Shown piece by piece: positions 9,687-18,752 of a stretch of 39,224 nt of DNA. Location: UHGV virus genome UHGV-1366437, one strand, 5' to 3'. The notes under the pieces were generated by a model. It worked only from the letters and a program-made list of their open reading frames with translations, was not told the origin of the DNA and did no database searches. Each line of letters starts with the position of its first letter. Position 1 is the stretch's first letter. The stretch is from a virus. Both the position numbers and the translations under genes were made by a program.

Positions 9687-11866
9687 AGTTTGATTCCGTA
9701 TAGTTCAAATTTGCCATTACCCGAAACGCGGATACCCGCCCGATGCGAGTAGTCCCAGGACGGCATACCCCAGAACGCCGTCCATCCGTTCATTTCTGAA
9801 ACAGGAATCCCCGGTGAATACCACTCCACGCCGTCATTGCTGACCGTCACCACATTGTCGCCATCGCGCCGGACATAAGCCATCAGCTTGCTATCCTGCT
9901 TCTTCACGCCCATGGATTGCACGAACTCAAGATCGTTCGTCACCATCTCGGAAACGTAATCCGAAGAGCCATCCACAAAAGGATTGTCCGGCTTGATTGC
10001 CTCGAGGCACCACGTCCCCCGGTCGACCAGCATCCATATCTCATCGGCCAAACCATCCGCCCGCGGCAGGATAGCAATGCTCTTGATGGAGCCGGCAGTA
10101 TCGACTCTCCCCCATGCCTTGACCTGCTGGAGCATATTATACGTCAAACAAGCACACGTCCCATCTTCGAGAAGGCACCACAGAACCGGGTAGGGGCTCC
10201 GCTGATACGCCACTTCAACAACCCCAGCCTGAAGGATGTGATCCGCCAGCAAAGTAAGATCCTCGGCCATGTAGCCGTCAGCCTCCAAACTATACGCATA
10301 CTGCCTGACGTGCCGCTTGTCCCTCTGCACATACACAAGGCCGTTTTCGATTCCTGCAGCATCAACATCAGCCGCACTCCCAACGTGAGACTGCACCGAG
10401 AAGAAAGCCCCCTCGGCATCAATAATCCCCTTGTCACCTGTGAGAGTCCATTCCGCGTCAGTCGTGCCAACAGCAAGCCCGCGCTGAGGAGAAATCCAGC
10501 AAATCATGTTCTGCCCGGAAGAAGCCATCGTGAAGCGAAGGGAAGCATCAGCTCCATCCTCGTCAGCGTCAAAATTGTAGTAGTCACCAACTGCGCTTGC
10601 CCAAACAGTCTGCGGCTGCTTGGCCGTACCGCCAAACCAGATGCGGTCCTGGTGGAAGCCAATGGCGCGGGGGTAACCGTTCTTGTGGCCGAATGCCTCC
10701 AAAGACCAGTCATGAGTTTCCCACGAGCCGGAAAGCCCGATGTAATTAGAGACGACGAACCCGGCAAATCCAGGCCTCTTTGAAGTGATTTTGCAGTATT
10801 GCTTTAAGTCGAAGCCGTCCACGTCAAGTTGTGGATTTCCCACATTGTTCCCGCTCGACCAGCAAATCACAAGGCCAATCAAGCATAGATCATCCTCCAG
10901 GCCGGAAAGCGAATAATTACGCATATTTCCATCTGAGGATTCCATGTATTTCATCGTTTCCCAATCCCAATCGAAATACCCGTTAAGCACCCCGGCACCC
11001 TCTTTTTGCCGGACGATATACCAGCCTGCTTTCCACTCGCCCGCCGTTGTTACAGACCATGCAGTTTTACAAGGTAGAGGCTGTTTTCCGGTGACAAACG
11101 CCCCCCAGCGGAAATAATTACCATACGATCCCGGATCATTAGACTCTCCCTTGTAACTCGGATCCCAGTCCTGGATGCATGTATAATAATTGATTGTCGA
11201 TCCGCTGCTGTACTGGACAGACATGCCTCTCAAAACAATCTGGTTAAGAGGAGTTGAGCTGGACTGGTCATAAGGCTTGGGATGAATCAGAGACGTCCCC
11301 GGAAGCCTGCGTGTAACTCGGACAATGTCGCCAACCTGGACGTCATCCACGCCAGACCACGACAATTCCCCATTGATAGCCTTCATGAGATCGTCTTGAT
11401 AGAGAGACGTTTCCTCCGGGATATTATCCCAAGCAATTTTCTCAAGCTGCCAGTTGCTATCCGCATACCGCGTCAGCATATAAGGCGGCATGTCGGGACT
11501 CACCAGGTACACTACGTCATTGATCTGCTGATACCGGATCCGGCGCAAAGCAGCCTGACTCCAACCACTGAACAGACTGGTAGCCGTCGTGTTGACCAAC
11601 GCGCCATTCTTGAACACCCGTACATGAGTGTTAGACAATTCAACAATCGCCGTGTCTCCGCTGTTATAGACAAACGGAATAATCCTGCTGCCAGTCTTCG
11701 CATCGGCCATGTGCTTCAGGCCGCGGCGACGCCGAAGACCTCCCGTTTGATCAATATCGAAATTGACGAGCGACGAACAAGCCTGATGGAACTTGTCGAA
11801 ATCCGCACGAAGCACCGCCGAAGGCGAAATCTCCCCGTAAAAAGCATTGCGTATCATAGAGACCAA
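9683..11866 (-). CDS. Tail tubular (nozzle) protein B-like, gp12-like, 727 aa
   Basis: Large beta-rich protein immediately after the gp11-like gene. Size is close to T7 gp12 (794 aa). Assigned by synteny. Confidence 0.4.
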   Translation of the reverse strand: MVSMIRNAFYGEISPSAVLRADFDKFHQACSSLVNFDIDQTGGLRRRRGLKHMADAKTGSRIIPFVYNSGDTAIVELSNTHVRVFKNGALVNTTATSLFSGWSQAALRRIRYQQINDVVYLVSPDMPPYMLTRYADSNWQLEKIAWDNIPEETSLYQDDLMKAINGELSWSGVDDVQVGDIVRVTRRLPGTSLIHPKPYDQSSSTPLNQIVLRGMSVQYSSGSTINYYTCIQDWDPSYKGESNDPGSYGNYFRWGAFVTGKQPLPCKTAWSVTTAGEWKAGWYIVRQKEGAGVLNGYFDWDWETMKYMESSDGNMRNYSLSGLEDDLCLIGLVICWSSGNNVGNPQLDVDGFDLKQYCKITSKRPGFAGFVVSNYIGLSGSWETHDWSLEAFGHKNGYPRAIGFHQDRIWFGGTAKQPQTVWASAVGDYYNFDADEDGADASLRFTMASSGQNMICWISPQRGLAVGTTDAEWTLTGDKGIIDAEGAFFSVQSHVGSAADVDAAGIENGLVYVQRDKRHVRQYAYSLEADGYMAEDLTLLADHILQAGVVEVAYQRSPYPVLWCLLEDGTCACLTYNMLQQVKAWGRVDTAGSIKSIAILPRADGLADEIWMLVDRGTWCLEAIKPDNPFVDGSSDYVSEMVTNDLEFVQSMGVKKQDSKLMAYVRRDGDNVVTVSNDGVEWYSPGIPVSEMNGWTAFWGMPSWDYSHRAGIRVSGNGKFELYGIKL

Positions 11867-12480
11867 TTCCCCCTTCTGTATCTCAAAGACCTGTTCCGGA
11901 TCCCTCTTCCGGGGTGTTGGTCGTTACTCCACGATTGCACCATCTCCGCATGCAAAGCAGCCGGAAGAGCAACAGAATGATACTCCTGCCTGAGAGCCTG
12001 AGTGAGGTTGAAGTCACCCGTCACACCAGGAGCAATCTTGGCGGCCAACAAACACACAAGAGCCTCGATGAACAAAGGCGCATGATCCGGTAACTCATCC
12101 AAATCACGCGTCAAATACGTAATCCGCAACCGCTCCGGCCCGTCTCCCTCCACGACCAACTCCCGCCCAACCATTGACCAATGCGGTTCCCGGCACTCCA
12201 AAAGACGAATACAATCATCCGGCAAAGCGTAGTGCGTGCCAGTCTCCCGCGGGCACCCGCAAAGCATCTCCAAACGGGTTGCGAAACTCCACCGCCCGGC
12301 ACAGAGCAATTCATTCAGTGCGCCGGCATATTCCCGCACGCAATGCGCCCCCTGCGGCGATCCCTCCGCATACCTTGCCGCCCCCACGCGACCCAGAGCC
12401 AAATTATAAACGTCTTCCTTTTTCATAAGCTTGAAAGAAAACTGGGGACGGAGCCTCTTGAACCCCGCCCCCAGGAACAT
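11854..12480 (-). CDS. Tail adaptor / tubular protein A-like (gp11-like); probable true start at 12426 (MKKEDVYNL)
   Basis: About 190-208 aa, following the capsid block. A terminator-like hairpin (12441-12471) sits between the two candidate starts and favours the downstream one. Confidence 0.35.
   Translation of the reverse strand: MFLGAGFKRLRPQFSFKLMKKEDVYNLALGRVGAARYAEGSPQGAHCVREYAGALNELLCAGRWSFATRLEMLCGCPRETGTHYALPDDCIRLLECREPHWSMVGRELVVEGDGPERLRITYLTRDLDELPDHAPLFIEALVCLLAAKIAPGVTGDFNLTQALRQEYHSVALPAALHAEMVQSWSNDQHPGRGIRNRSLRYRRGNWSL
12441..12471 (-). terminator. Hairpin plus T-run after the capsid block (attenuator or terminator)
   Basis: Minus strand reads GGGGCGGGG-ttcaagaggct-CCGTCCCC followed by AGTTTTCTTTC, which is 7-8 bp of GC-rich stem then a T-rich tail. 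It lies downstream of the capsid and 147-aa genes. Confidence 0.45.
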
Positions 12481-12503
12481 ACAACAATAATACCACCAAA
12501 GAA

Positions 12504-12947
12504 TTATCGAACCGAGTAGGCAATCAGCACATTCGTGACCGCGCCAGCCGTAGGGGCCGTAGCCGCCGTCACCGTAGCCGTCACCCAGTACCCGCCGTCA
12601 TGCTTCACCGGAGCCTTAACGCCCCCGGTAAACGCCACATCGTGAGCAGCCTTGATGTCCAACGCCGTCGAATAGGCGTCATCGTCAACACCGTCGCCGA
12701 TCTTGACACTCAGGGCAGTACCCAGAGCGGCACCCTGCACGCGGCAGAGATGCGGCAGCACCACGGCATTACCGGGCAGATAGACCAGTTTCACCGTGTC
12801 ATCCGCGGCTTCGGCGCCAGTCATCTCAACAACGGCAGTAGCCATGCACACAACCGGAGACACGTCCGTACTGTTCGCCGTCATCGGCCCCGTACCGTCC
12901 ATGCTCTGGTTCTGCAGCTTCCCGACTTTGGAAAAATATTCAGCCAT
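12504..12947 (-). CDS. Hypothetical virion protein (147 aa), possibly capsid-associated or decoration
   Basis: Ala/Thr/Val-rich small ORF 29 nt downstream of the capsid gene. Confidence 0.4.
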   Translation of the reverse strand: MAEYFSKVGKLQNQSMDGTGPMTANSTDVSPVVCMATAVVEMTGAEAADDTVKLVYLPGNAVVLPHLCRVQGAALGTALSVKIGDGVDDDAYSTALDIKAAHDVAFTGGVKAPVKHDGGYWVTATVTAATAPTAGAVTNVLIAYSVR

Positions 12948-12976
12948 TTTATTAAATCCTTTCTATTTGTTTGAGA

Positions 12977-13888
12977 TTAAGCTTCCTTGCAAAGAACCTT
13001 CACAAAGCCCTCTTCCTGAAGACGAGTAGCCCCGCAAGAGAACTTCGCGCGAATCTGAAGGGCTTCCTCCATGTCGTCGCGGATGGAAGTCTTCACGGAG
13101 AAATCCTTCCAGAGACCGAACTGAGCCTTGCTCTTCACCCAGGCCATACAGGTACGTACGCCGCCGACAATCGGAAGCAATTCGGTACGCAGGAACTTGA
13201 AGCCCATAAACGTATCGACCTTGCCTTCATAAAGAGCCTGAACAGCACTGAAGTCACGGGACGTTACCTCAGTGGTAGCCAGCAGGTTGATGATCTGCTC
13301 GGCAGAGCAGGCAAAAACAAGCTGATCGCCGTAGTTTTCCGAACCCTGTCCCCAGGCTTCATTCTTCATGAAAGTACCCAGGACCTTGCGGAGCTTGGCA
13401 ACCGTCAGCCCGGAATCGGTAGCGGAACCGGATTCGACATAGTTGACGGGGACAATCTGCTTGGACGGGATTTCAACAGGATCCAGCCCGTCGGCTCCGA
13501 TACGGTTTGTGCCGAGGAAGGAATCGATCATCACTTCGTCCATCTTGCGGCCTGCGGCAGCGCGAAGACCCTGAATCGTTTCGGAAACCGGAAGATCCAA
13601 ATCGGCAAGCTGATTGCCGTCGAATTCATCGTATCCGATAGCCTTCGAAAAAATGCGCGGACGCATTGAACGGCGTTCAGTCGGAGCTTCGTCGAGCTTG
13701 GTTTTACCCATGCGCTCAGTCTTTTCGTCAAAGCTCAAAAGCCCGAATTGGTCGAAGAAGACCACCTTTCCGGAGAGCCCGCTTTTCACCGTGACATACG
13801 GCTCAAGACGGGAAACAGTCTGCTGAATCAGACCTCCCCATTTGTTTGTGTATTTCAGTTGCCACTGATCTGTGATTTGTAATGCCAT
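12977..13888 (-). CDS. Putative major capsid protein (303 aa)
   Basis: Follows the scaffold gene. It is preceded by a copy of the conserved 24-nt motif and followed by a terminator-like hairpin. The size fits an HK97-fold capsid. Assigned by synteny only. Confidence 0.5.
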   Translation of the reverse strand: MALQITDQWQLKYTNKWGGLIQQTVSRLEPYVTVKSGLSGKVVFFDQFGLLSFDEKTERMGKTKLDEAPTERRSMRPRIFSKAIGYDEFDGNQLADLDLPVSETIQGLRAAAGRKMDEVMIDSFLGTNRIGADGLDPVEIPSKQIVPVNYVESGSATDSGLTVAKLRKVLGTFMKNEAWGQGSENYGDQLVFACSAEQIINLLATTEVTSRDFSAVQALYEGKVDTFMGFKFLRTELLPIVGGVRTCMAWVKSKAQFGLWKDFSVKTSIRDDMEEALQIRAKFSCGATRLQEEGFVKVLCKEA

Positions 13889-13935
13889 AATAGTTTACCT
13901 TTCGTTGTGTCTGTAGTTTGCGGATTTTTTTCAGG

Positions 13936-13962
13936 ATAAAAACAACACCTTTGTCCGTTTCC
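13936..13962 (-). promoter_or_regulatory. Degenerate copy of the conserved motif GGACAA(A/C)GGTGT..TTTTTAT, about 50 nt upstream of the capsid gene
   Basis: Minus strand GGACAAAGGTGTTGTTTTTAT matches 14 of 15 core positions of the 16962 and 22298 copies (ACACC(g/t)TTGTCCGT on the plus strand). Confidence 0.4.
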
Positions 13963-14814
13963 TTAAATCCCCATCAACTGGTCATATTTCCTGTTCGCCA
14001 CAGCGTGCATCGGATCATTCACATCCATGTACGCCTTATGCAAAGGATGCGTTGGATCGGATTCAATCCGTCTTGCTTCTTCCATGCCGGAACGGAACTG
14101 TTCATTGCCAAGCCCCTTCACGGCACCCTCGCCCAAAAGCTCGGAAACCTTGTAGAACACCTTCACCAGGGCGGCATTGTCATCAATCCCGCGCTGGGAA
14201 AGAACGGAAGGATCCACTCCCGCCATCTGGCAAAGCTTCTTCGCGGCAACCGCTGCGGAATCACAATGCGCCTGGAAGTCCTGTCCCCACTCGGACTGAA
14301 GATCCTTGAAGCTCTTGCCGACTTCCTGCAGGTAAGACTGCTCGGCCGCTGCATCAGCAACAGACTGGGCCTCCGTGAAATCCTTGACCAGACCAGCCAT
14401 GGCACCCGGAGCGATACCGTAATCCACGCCAGCCTTCGCCAGCAATGCCTTCATGGAATCGTCCATTCCTTCCGGCGCGTCGAACTTGTATGCTTCGGGC
14501 GCATCCGGGATTCCCATTTGCTTCCTGAACTCAGACAGCTTCTGAGGATCACTCAGATAATCCGCCAGAGAAGCACCCTCAGCCGGAGGAGTACCAGTAG
14601 TGCCAGCATCAGCAGGCGGCTCGCCACCAGCAGGAGGAGCATCATTGCCGCCGCTAAACAGCTTGGGAACCTCAGCAGCTCCCTCACCACCAGCCGGAGG
14701 AGTTGCCGGAGGCGTGTCGCCAGCCGGAGGAGGTGCAGAGCCGCCACCTTCACCGCCGCCAGTAGGAGCTTCTTCACGGCAGAACATATTACCCATCAAT
14801 AAGCGTCGTATCAT
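13963..14814 (-). CDS. Putative scaffolding protein (283 aa)
   Basis: The N-terminal 90 aa are a Pro/Gly/Ala-rich low-complexity region with PPAGG repeats. The rest is acidic and helical. It sits between portal and capsid, as gp9 does in T7. Confidence 0.45.
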   Translation of the reverse strand: MIRRLLMGNMFCREEAPTGGGEGGGSAPPPAGDTPPATPPAGGEGAAEVPKLFSGGNDAPPAGGEPPADAGTTGTPPAEGASLADYLSDPQKLSEFRKQMGIPDAPEAYKFDAPEGMDDSMKALLAKAGVDYGIAPGAMAGLVKDFTEAQSVADAAAEQSYLQEVGKSFKDLQSEWGQDFQAHCDSAAVAAKKLCQMAGVDPSVLSQRGIDDNAALVKVFYKVSELLGEGAVKGLGNEQFRSGMEEARRIESDPTHPLHKAYMDVNDPMHAVANRKYDQLMGI

Positions 14815-15073
14815 CTTCTTCTATTTCTTTGTTTGTGTTATTCGCCAACAGTTCGATGTAGGCAAAAACTTCCTTGTAGGCATCACGCCTCATGGCATCC
14901 AGAGGATCAAATGCTCCCCGGCTTCCTTGAAAAGCAGGCAAATGAACCTCAAACTTCTTCGCCAGATCCTTCAGGACGTATTTCCCATCACTAGAGCCAA
15001 AAACGCGTCTGTAGACACGCTTCTTCTGGACGAAATACCTTTCCAGCTTTCCAAGTTTGTCTTTGATATTCAT
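14789..15073 (-). CDS. Hypothetical protein (94 aa)
   Basis: Small basic ORF between portal and scaffold. Its start overlaps the portal stop as ATGA. Confidence 0.4.
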   Translation of the reverse strand: MNIKDKLGKLERYFVQKKRVYRRVFGSSDGKYVLKDLAKKFEVHLPAFQGSRGAFDPLDAMRRDAYKEVFAYIELLANNTNKEIEEDDTTLIDG

Positions 15074-16881
15074 AAGCTAATTCCAGCTTCCCTGGCCTGC
15101 GCCGCGGCATCGACGCCATCCCTGGCCGCCTTTGCCACAGTTTGAGCAGTTTCCATCTCTTGTTGTTGAGCGGCAGCCTGTGCCTGCTGCTGTTTCGCCG
15201 CCTGTACCTCTTCTTCATCATTAAGCAAATCTTCCGGAGCGTGGCTTGACCTCCACTTCGTTCGGACAAGCTTGTCCATGTCGATATTCATCAGTACTCC
15301 CGGGTCAAACTGGGCTAGCATGGCCGCGAACTGAATACCCCTGTCAATCCCGTCGCTCTGGAGCAAGTCAAGGGCAAGGGACATCTTCCCGGAATAAGTC
15401 ACAACAGGCTCAAGAACTTCGGTTTCTCCTCCATGCCCGACAAAAATGGCTTCACGGGGAGGAGGCCCGAATTGATCGAATTCTCCGGCCCTCATCAAAA
15501 TAGCGAACAAACGTTCGTGCCATGGCCGGAAATCCGATACCATCAATGTAAACGCCGGAGCAAAGGAAAGCACCGTCTCGCTCTGACGGGCAATAACCTC
15601 GGTTGCCGTCATCTCTCGATCCACATTGCTGACAATCCTGAACACATCCGCATAGAAAGCCTTCCGGATCTTCTCCTCCGTCTTTTCAATGCGGTCCGCC
15701 CCAATGTCATACCGGGCTTGCGTGCCCAGCTCGCGAGGCATATTGAGCCGGGCCGCCTCTTCGGAAATAACCGTCATGCCTCCCGCCCTCATATCCACCT
15801 CTCCCGATTGCTGGGCAAGGATGGCAAAACGCGGATTAACTGACAATTCGCCAAGGGAATCCATTGTGTCGTCAAGGAACAGCTCCCGGCGGATATCCGG
15901 GAACGCAAACAAGCCGGGAGGCAAACCATACGGGCCTGTCCCCCACTTCAGGAACCTTGTGACCAGATAGGGAAATTCGTAGTATCCCGATTCCTCAATA
16001 ACAATTGCATCCTCGACGGATACATAAATACTCTGAAACTGCCTGTTCATGGGGTCTGTCTCCCCCGGCTTCCACTTTTTGCGCGGCCGCACAAGATGGA
16101 TGAACTCAAAGCAGATATCATACTTCTTCCGGCTGTCACCCAGGGCTTCCCGGACTTTCTTCCCAAGCCTTTCCTCCCCCCATTCATCCGCCGCCTGCTT
16201 TGCCGAAAACTTGAACCGCCGCCCCAAAGTATCAATGACGCCGGAAGAATTTTCAGCAGCCGCATAGGTCTTGCAGGGGATATATTTGAAAGAAATCGTC
16301 CTGGAATTCTCGCCCCCCATATACAGGCAGCCAATGCCATAAAGGCACCTGTCAATATACATCTCGTGAGCTTCGGGATAGAAATTGCTTCGCCCCAAAA
16401 TCGACCACGTATATTCCGAGCATTGCGTATACCATTTGTCAGAAGGCTCTGACTTAACCTGGCAGTTATACTTGAACCACACCTGGTTGAACGGCGTGAT
16501 ATGCGTCAGGTGTCCGGCGGCAAGAGTATTGAGGGCATCACACGCCACAGACGAGAATTCATAAATGTCATCCTCGGGAATCTGCGATTGCGTTTCATCC
16601 GTCCCGCGTCTCGGCATGATACGCCGGCGCAGCTTGTCCCAGATGCCTTCCCATGGACGGCGGAGATCCTCCAGTCCCTCCATCGTCTTAATGACTTCCT
16701 TCGCGCGCAAATCATCCATATCAGCCAAGAGTTCTACGGAGTTGATTGCCGTTTCCGTCAGTCGTGCCGCCTCCGGAAAGATAACTTGCTGCCGGCTTCT
16801 TGATTGTGGATGCCAGACCGCGCTTCTTCTTGAGTTTGTCCTGAAGATTATCTTTTGCATCCAACTTGGAATCACCGGCAT
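15070..16881 (-). CDS. Putative portal protein (603 aa, or 549 aa from the Met at 16719)
   Basis: Large protein at the head of the scaffold-capsid block with a Gln/Ala-rich C-terminal tail. Assigned by synteny (T7 gp8 position). The internal start at 16719 abuts the stop of the small upstream gene. Confidence 0.5.
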   Translation of the reverse strand: MPVIPSWMQKIIFRTNSRRSAVWHPQSRSRQQVIFPEAARLTETAINSVELLADMDDLRAKEVIKTMEGLEDLRRPWEGIWDKLRRRIMPRRGTDETQSQIPEDDIYEFSSVACDALNTLAAGHLTHITPFNQVWFKYNCQVKSEPSDKWYTQCSEYTWSILGRSNFYPEAHEMYIDRCLYGIGCLYMGGENSRTISFKYIPCKTYAAAENSSGVIDTLGRRFKFSAKQAADEWGEERLGKKVREALGDSRKKYDICFEFIHLVRPRKKWKPGETDPMNRQFQSIYVSVEDAIVIEESGYYEFPYLVTRFLKWGTGPYGLPPGLFAFPDIRRELFLDDTMDSLGELSVNPRFAILAQQSGEVDMRAGGMTVISEEAARLNMPRELGTQARYDIGADRIEKTEEKIRKAFYADVFRIVSNVDREMTATEVIARQSETVLSFAPAFTLMVSDFRPWHERLFAILMRAGEFDQFGPPPREAIFVGHGGETEVLEPVVTYSGKMSLALDLLQSDGIDRGIQFAAMLAQFDPGVLMNIDMDKLVRTKWRSSHAPEDLLNDEEEVQAAKQQQAQAAAQQQEMETAQTVAKAARDGVDAAAQAREAGISL

Positions 16882-16936
16882 CCGTAATCGGCGTTGGAGT
16901 AGGGGCGGGAGGTGGTGCGGATTGTTTGAAGCTCAT
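16721..16936 (-). CDS. Small Pro/Gly-rich hypothetical protein (about 71 aa)
   Basis: ATG at 16936 lies 25 nt downstream of the conserved 24-nt motif. The stop is adjacent to the portal internal start (TGAtATG). Confidence 0.35.
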   Translation of the reverse strand: MSFKQSAPPPAPTPTPITDAGDSKLDAKDNLQDKLKKKRGLASTIKKPAASYLSGGGTTDGNGNQLRRTLG

Positions 16937-16937
16937 G

Positions 16938-17324
16938 TCACAAACATGAACGACCGCCGCAAAAATAAAAAATACACCGTTGTCCGTCCACCTTGTGCAA
17001 TCGCTCATCACCCCTAAAACACCGCTGGAAAGTCACAAAAGGGAACATCCCGGCCAGCCCCAAAACATCCGCCACTCCCGACAAATCACCGGCAGCATAA
17101 TGAATGTGCCAGGCATCGCACGCATCAACCGGGAACACATGTTCCGGATCCACCACATAACGAAGAGGCGCACCCGAAACAACCGGGCGCGCCATCAAAA
17201 CCAACTCAGGAGACCAGACGCACACCCCGGAACGCTCGTGCAAATACCTGTCAACATCCAGATACCGCCCTGAGTCGGAGTAATACGCCAGTGTCTCCTC
17301 AATCGCGTTCATCATGGCGCACAC
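16938..17324 (-). CDS. Hypothetical protein (128 aa), possibly tail-fibre associated
   Basis: ORF immediately after the short tail fibre gene. Its 3' end contains the conserved motif. Confidence 0.4.
   Translation of the reverse strand: MCAMMNAIEETLAYYSDSGRYLDVDRYLHERSGVCVWSPELVLMARPVVSGAPLRYVVDPEHVFPVDACDAWHIHYAAGDLSGVADVLGLAGMFPFVTFQRCFRGDERLHKVDGQRCIFYFCGGRSCL
16962..16985 (-). promoter_or_regulatory. Conserved 24-nt motif GGACAACGGTGTATTTTTTATTTT (minus strand), copy 1, upstream of the head-gene block
   Basis: 24/24 identical to 22298..22321. The next ATG is 25 nt downstream. TATTTTTG at its 3' end resembles a Bacteroidota-type -7 element. Confidence 0.5.
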
Positions 17325-17971
17325 ACAGCACCTCCGGTAACAATACGCAAGGTACCAGTCCCAATCTTCGGACTCGACAGAGCAATTATGCCACCTGCAT
17401 TGTTTCCATTAAGGGTGATTCCGGATCCTGAACCCGGATCCCCCGAAGACACAGCAGCATAATTCGCATCCAGGACAAGCAGAGATTTCCCGTTCGCACT
17501 CTTCAATGTGAAATCTTCCTGGTGGCCGTTAAGCCAATAAGTCAACGCACCATTGGACACAGACATGCCATTACCCGGACGGGACACGCCCAATGTGGAG
17601 TTTGTCGCAACTGGCACCGATATCTTGCCCGTGGTATCAACAGTCAAATTGTCGCCAATCTGCACAATACCCGCCTTCGTCTTCGTCGCCTTGTCAGTCC
17701 ACTTCACGCAGTTGTCCGCCACATTCGTATTCGTCGCATTAAGGGCGGTCTGTAACTCCGAATCCGCCGCTTGGAACTCACTACGAAGATTCGCCTCCGA
17801 TGTTGTCATTTCGCCACGAAGAGTCTGCGCCGTCTGAGAAACAAGCTCATTCGCCGATGATTGAAAATCGCCGTACTTGCTCAGAATCAATGCCGCCGCT
17901 TCCGCTGCTGTCTTGGCTGATGCGGCCGCCGCCGCTGCGGCAGCCGATGCCGCTTGATCAAACGTTGCCAT
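17312..17971 (-). CDS. Short tail fibre / receptor-binding protein (219 aa)
   Basis: Poly-Ala N-terminus (AASAAAAAAAASAKTAAEAAA) and a Gly/Ser/Thr-rich beta C-terminus (GDPGSGSGITLNGNNAGG), typical of fibres. Confidence 0.5.
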   Translation of the reverse strand: MATFDQAASAAAAAAAASAKTAAEAAALILSKYGDFQSSANELVSQTAQTLRGEMTTSEANLRSEFQAADSELQTALNATNTNVADNCVKWTDKATKTKAGIVQIGDNLTVDTTGKISVPVATNSTLGVSRPGNGMSVSNGALTYWLNGHQEDFTLKSANGKSLLVLDANYAAVSSGDPGSGSGITLNGNNAGGIIALSSPKIGTGTLRIVTGGAVCAP

Positions 17972-18746
17972 GGTCTTCCTCCTTTTTATTGTTTCCTTGT
18001 GATTCTTCTTCCCGCCTGGCTCGCTCCAGCATCAACCGTTGCGCTTCAAGCACCTGATCCTTGCCAATGCCGGGATTCCCCAATGTCATCATCCAGATTT
18101 TCCCATCTTTTTTGAACAGGCGATCAATATACTTTACGCGTTCATCACCCTCATGCTTGTAGGCAAACCCTCCCGTTCTCCCACCGAGACGGCCATCATA
18201 TAAAATTTGGCAGTGGTAGTTCAGCATGAGCGAACACGCATAAGCAAGGGAGCCAATAGTGACATCCTCATGCGCCCCCTGCAAAATCGCAGACGGAGAC
18301 GGAAGCCACCTTCGAACAAATGACAGGACATCAGCGCGGATCAAATAAAAATACCCTCCGAAAAGGTAATCCGCAACCTGTGCGGCCATAAATCCAAACC
18401 CCGCGCCAACTGCCTTCTGGAGAAAATCCTTGTCAACAAACAAACTGTCCGCATCCGTCTTGATGAGGACTTCATCCGTTTTCAGGTGCTTCGCATATAC
18501 ATCCAGCATCCCAATGATGCACCCCGGACCATTCAAATTTCCGTAACGCGGAAAATCCGACTGCTCATACAATACCCCCATTTCCTGCAACTCCCTGGCG
18601 CATTTCGGAGATATGGGGTTCTCCTTGTCGTCAATCAAATGAATCGGAGCATCCGGGAACACCCAGCGGATGTTCTCAATACGCCCGGGAAGCAACTTCG
18701 CGTCCCCCCGGTAACAAAAAACAAAAAAACGTGGCTTCATCATCAT
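17958..18746 (-). CDS. Putative GT-A-fold glycosyltransferase (262 aa) placed between the two tail-fibre genes
   Basis: N-terminal beta-alpha-beta (RFFVFCYRGD), HLIDD and TDAD (DxD-like) motifs. No signal peptide. The start ATGATGATG lies 6 nt after the tail fibre stop. Confidence 0.35.
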   Translation of the reverse strand: MMMKPRFFVFCYRGDAKLLPGRIENIRWVFPDAPIHLIDDKENPISPKCARELQEMGVLYEQSDFPRYGNLNGPGCIIGMLDVYAKHLKTDEVLIKTDADSLFVDKDFLQKAVGAGFGFMAAQVADYLFGGYFYLIRADVLSFVRRWLPSPSAILQGAHEDVTIGSLAYACSLMLNYHCQILYDGRLGGRTGGFAYKHEGDERVKYIDRLFKKDGKIWMMTLGNPGIGKDQVLEAQRLMLERARREEESQGNNKKEEDHGNV

Positions 18747-18752
18747 AAAAAA

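Noticed and set aside
9917-10783. 288-aa plus-strand ORF and many other plus-strand ORFs (for example 425..607, 1654..2205, 4189..4758, 11282..11980, 12971..13669, 13918..14802, 14600..15145, 29338..30800) lying inside the long minus-strand structural genes
   Set aside because: They are antisense to long, well-supported minus-strand genes in GC-rich DNA. Their translations are low-complexity (Arg/Pro/Ser-rich) without motifs. They are typical shadow ORFs.
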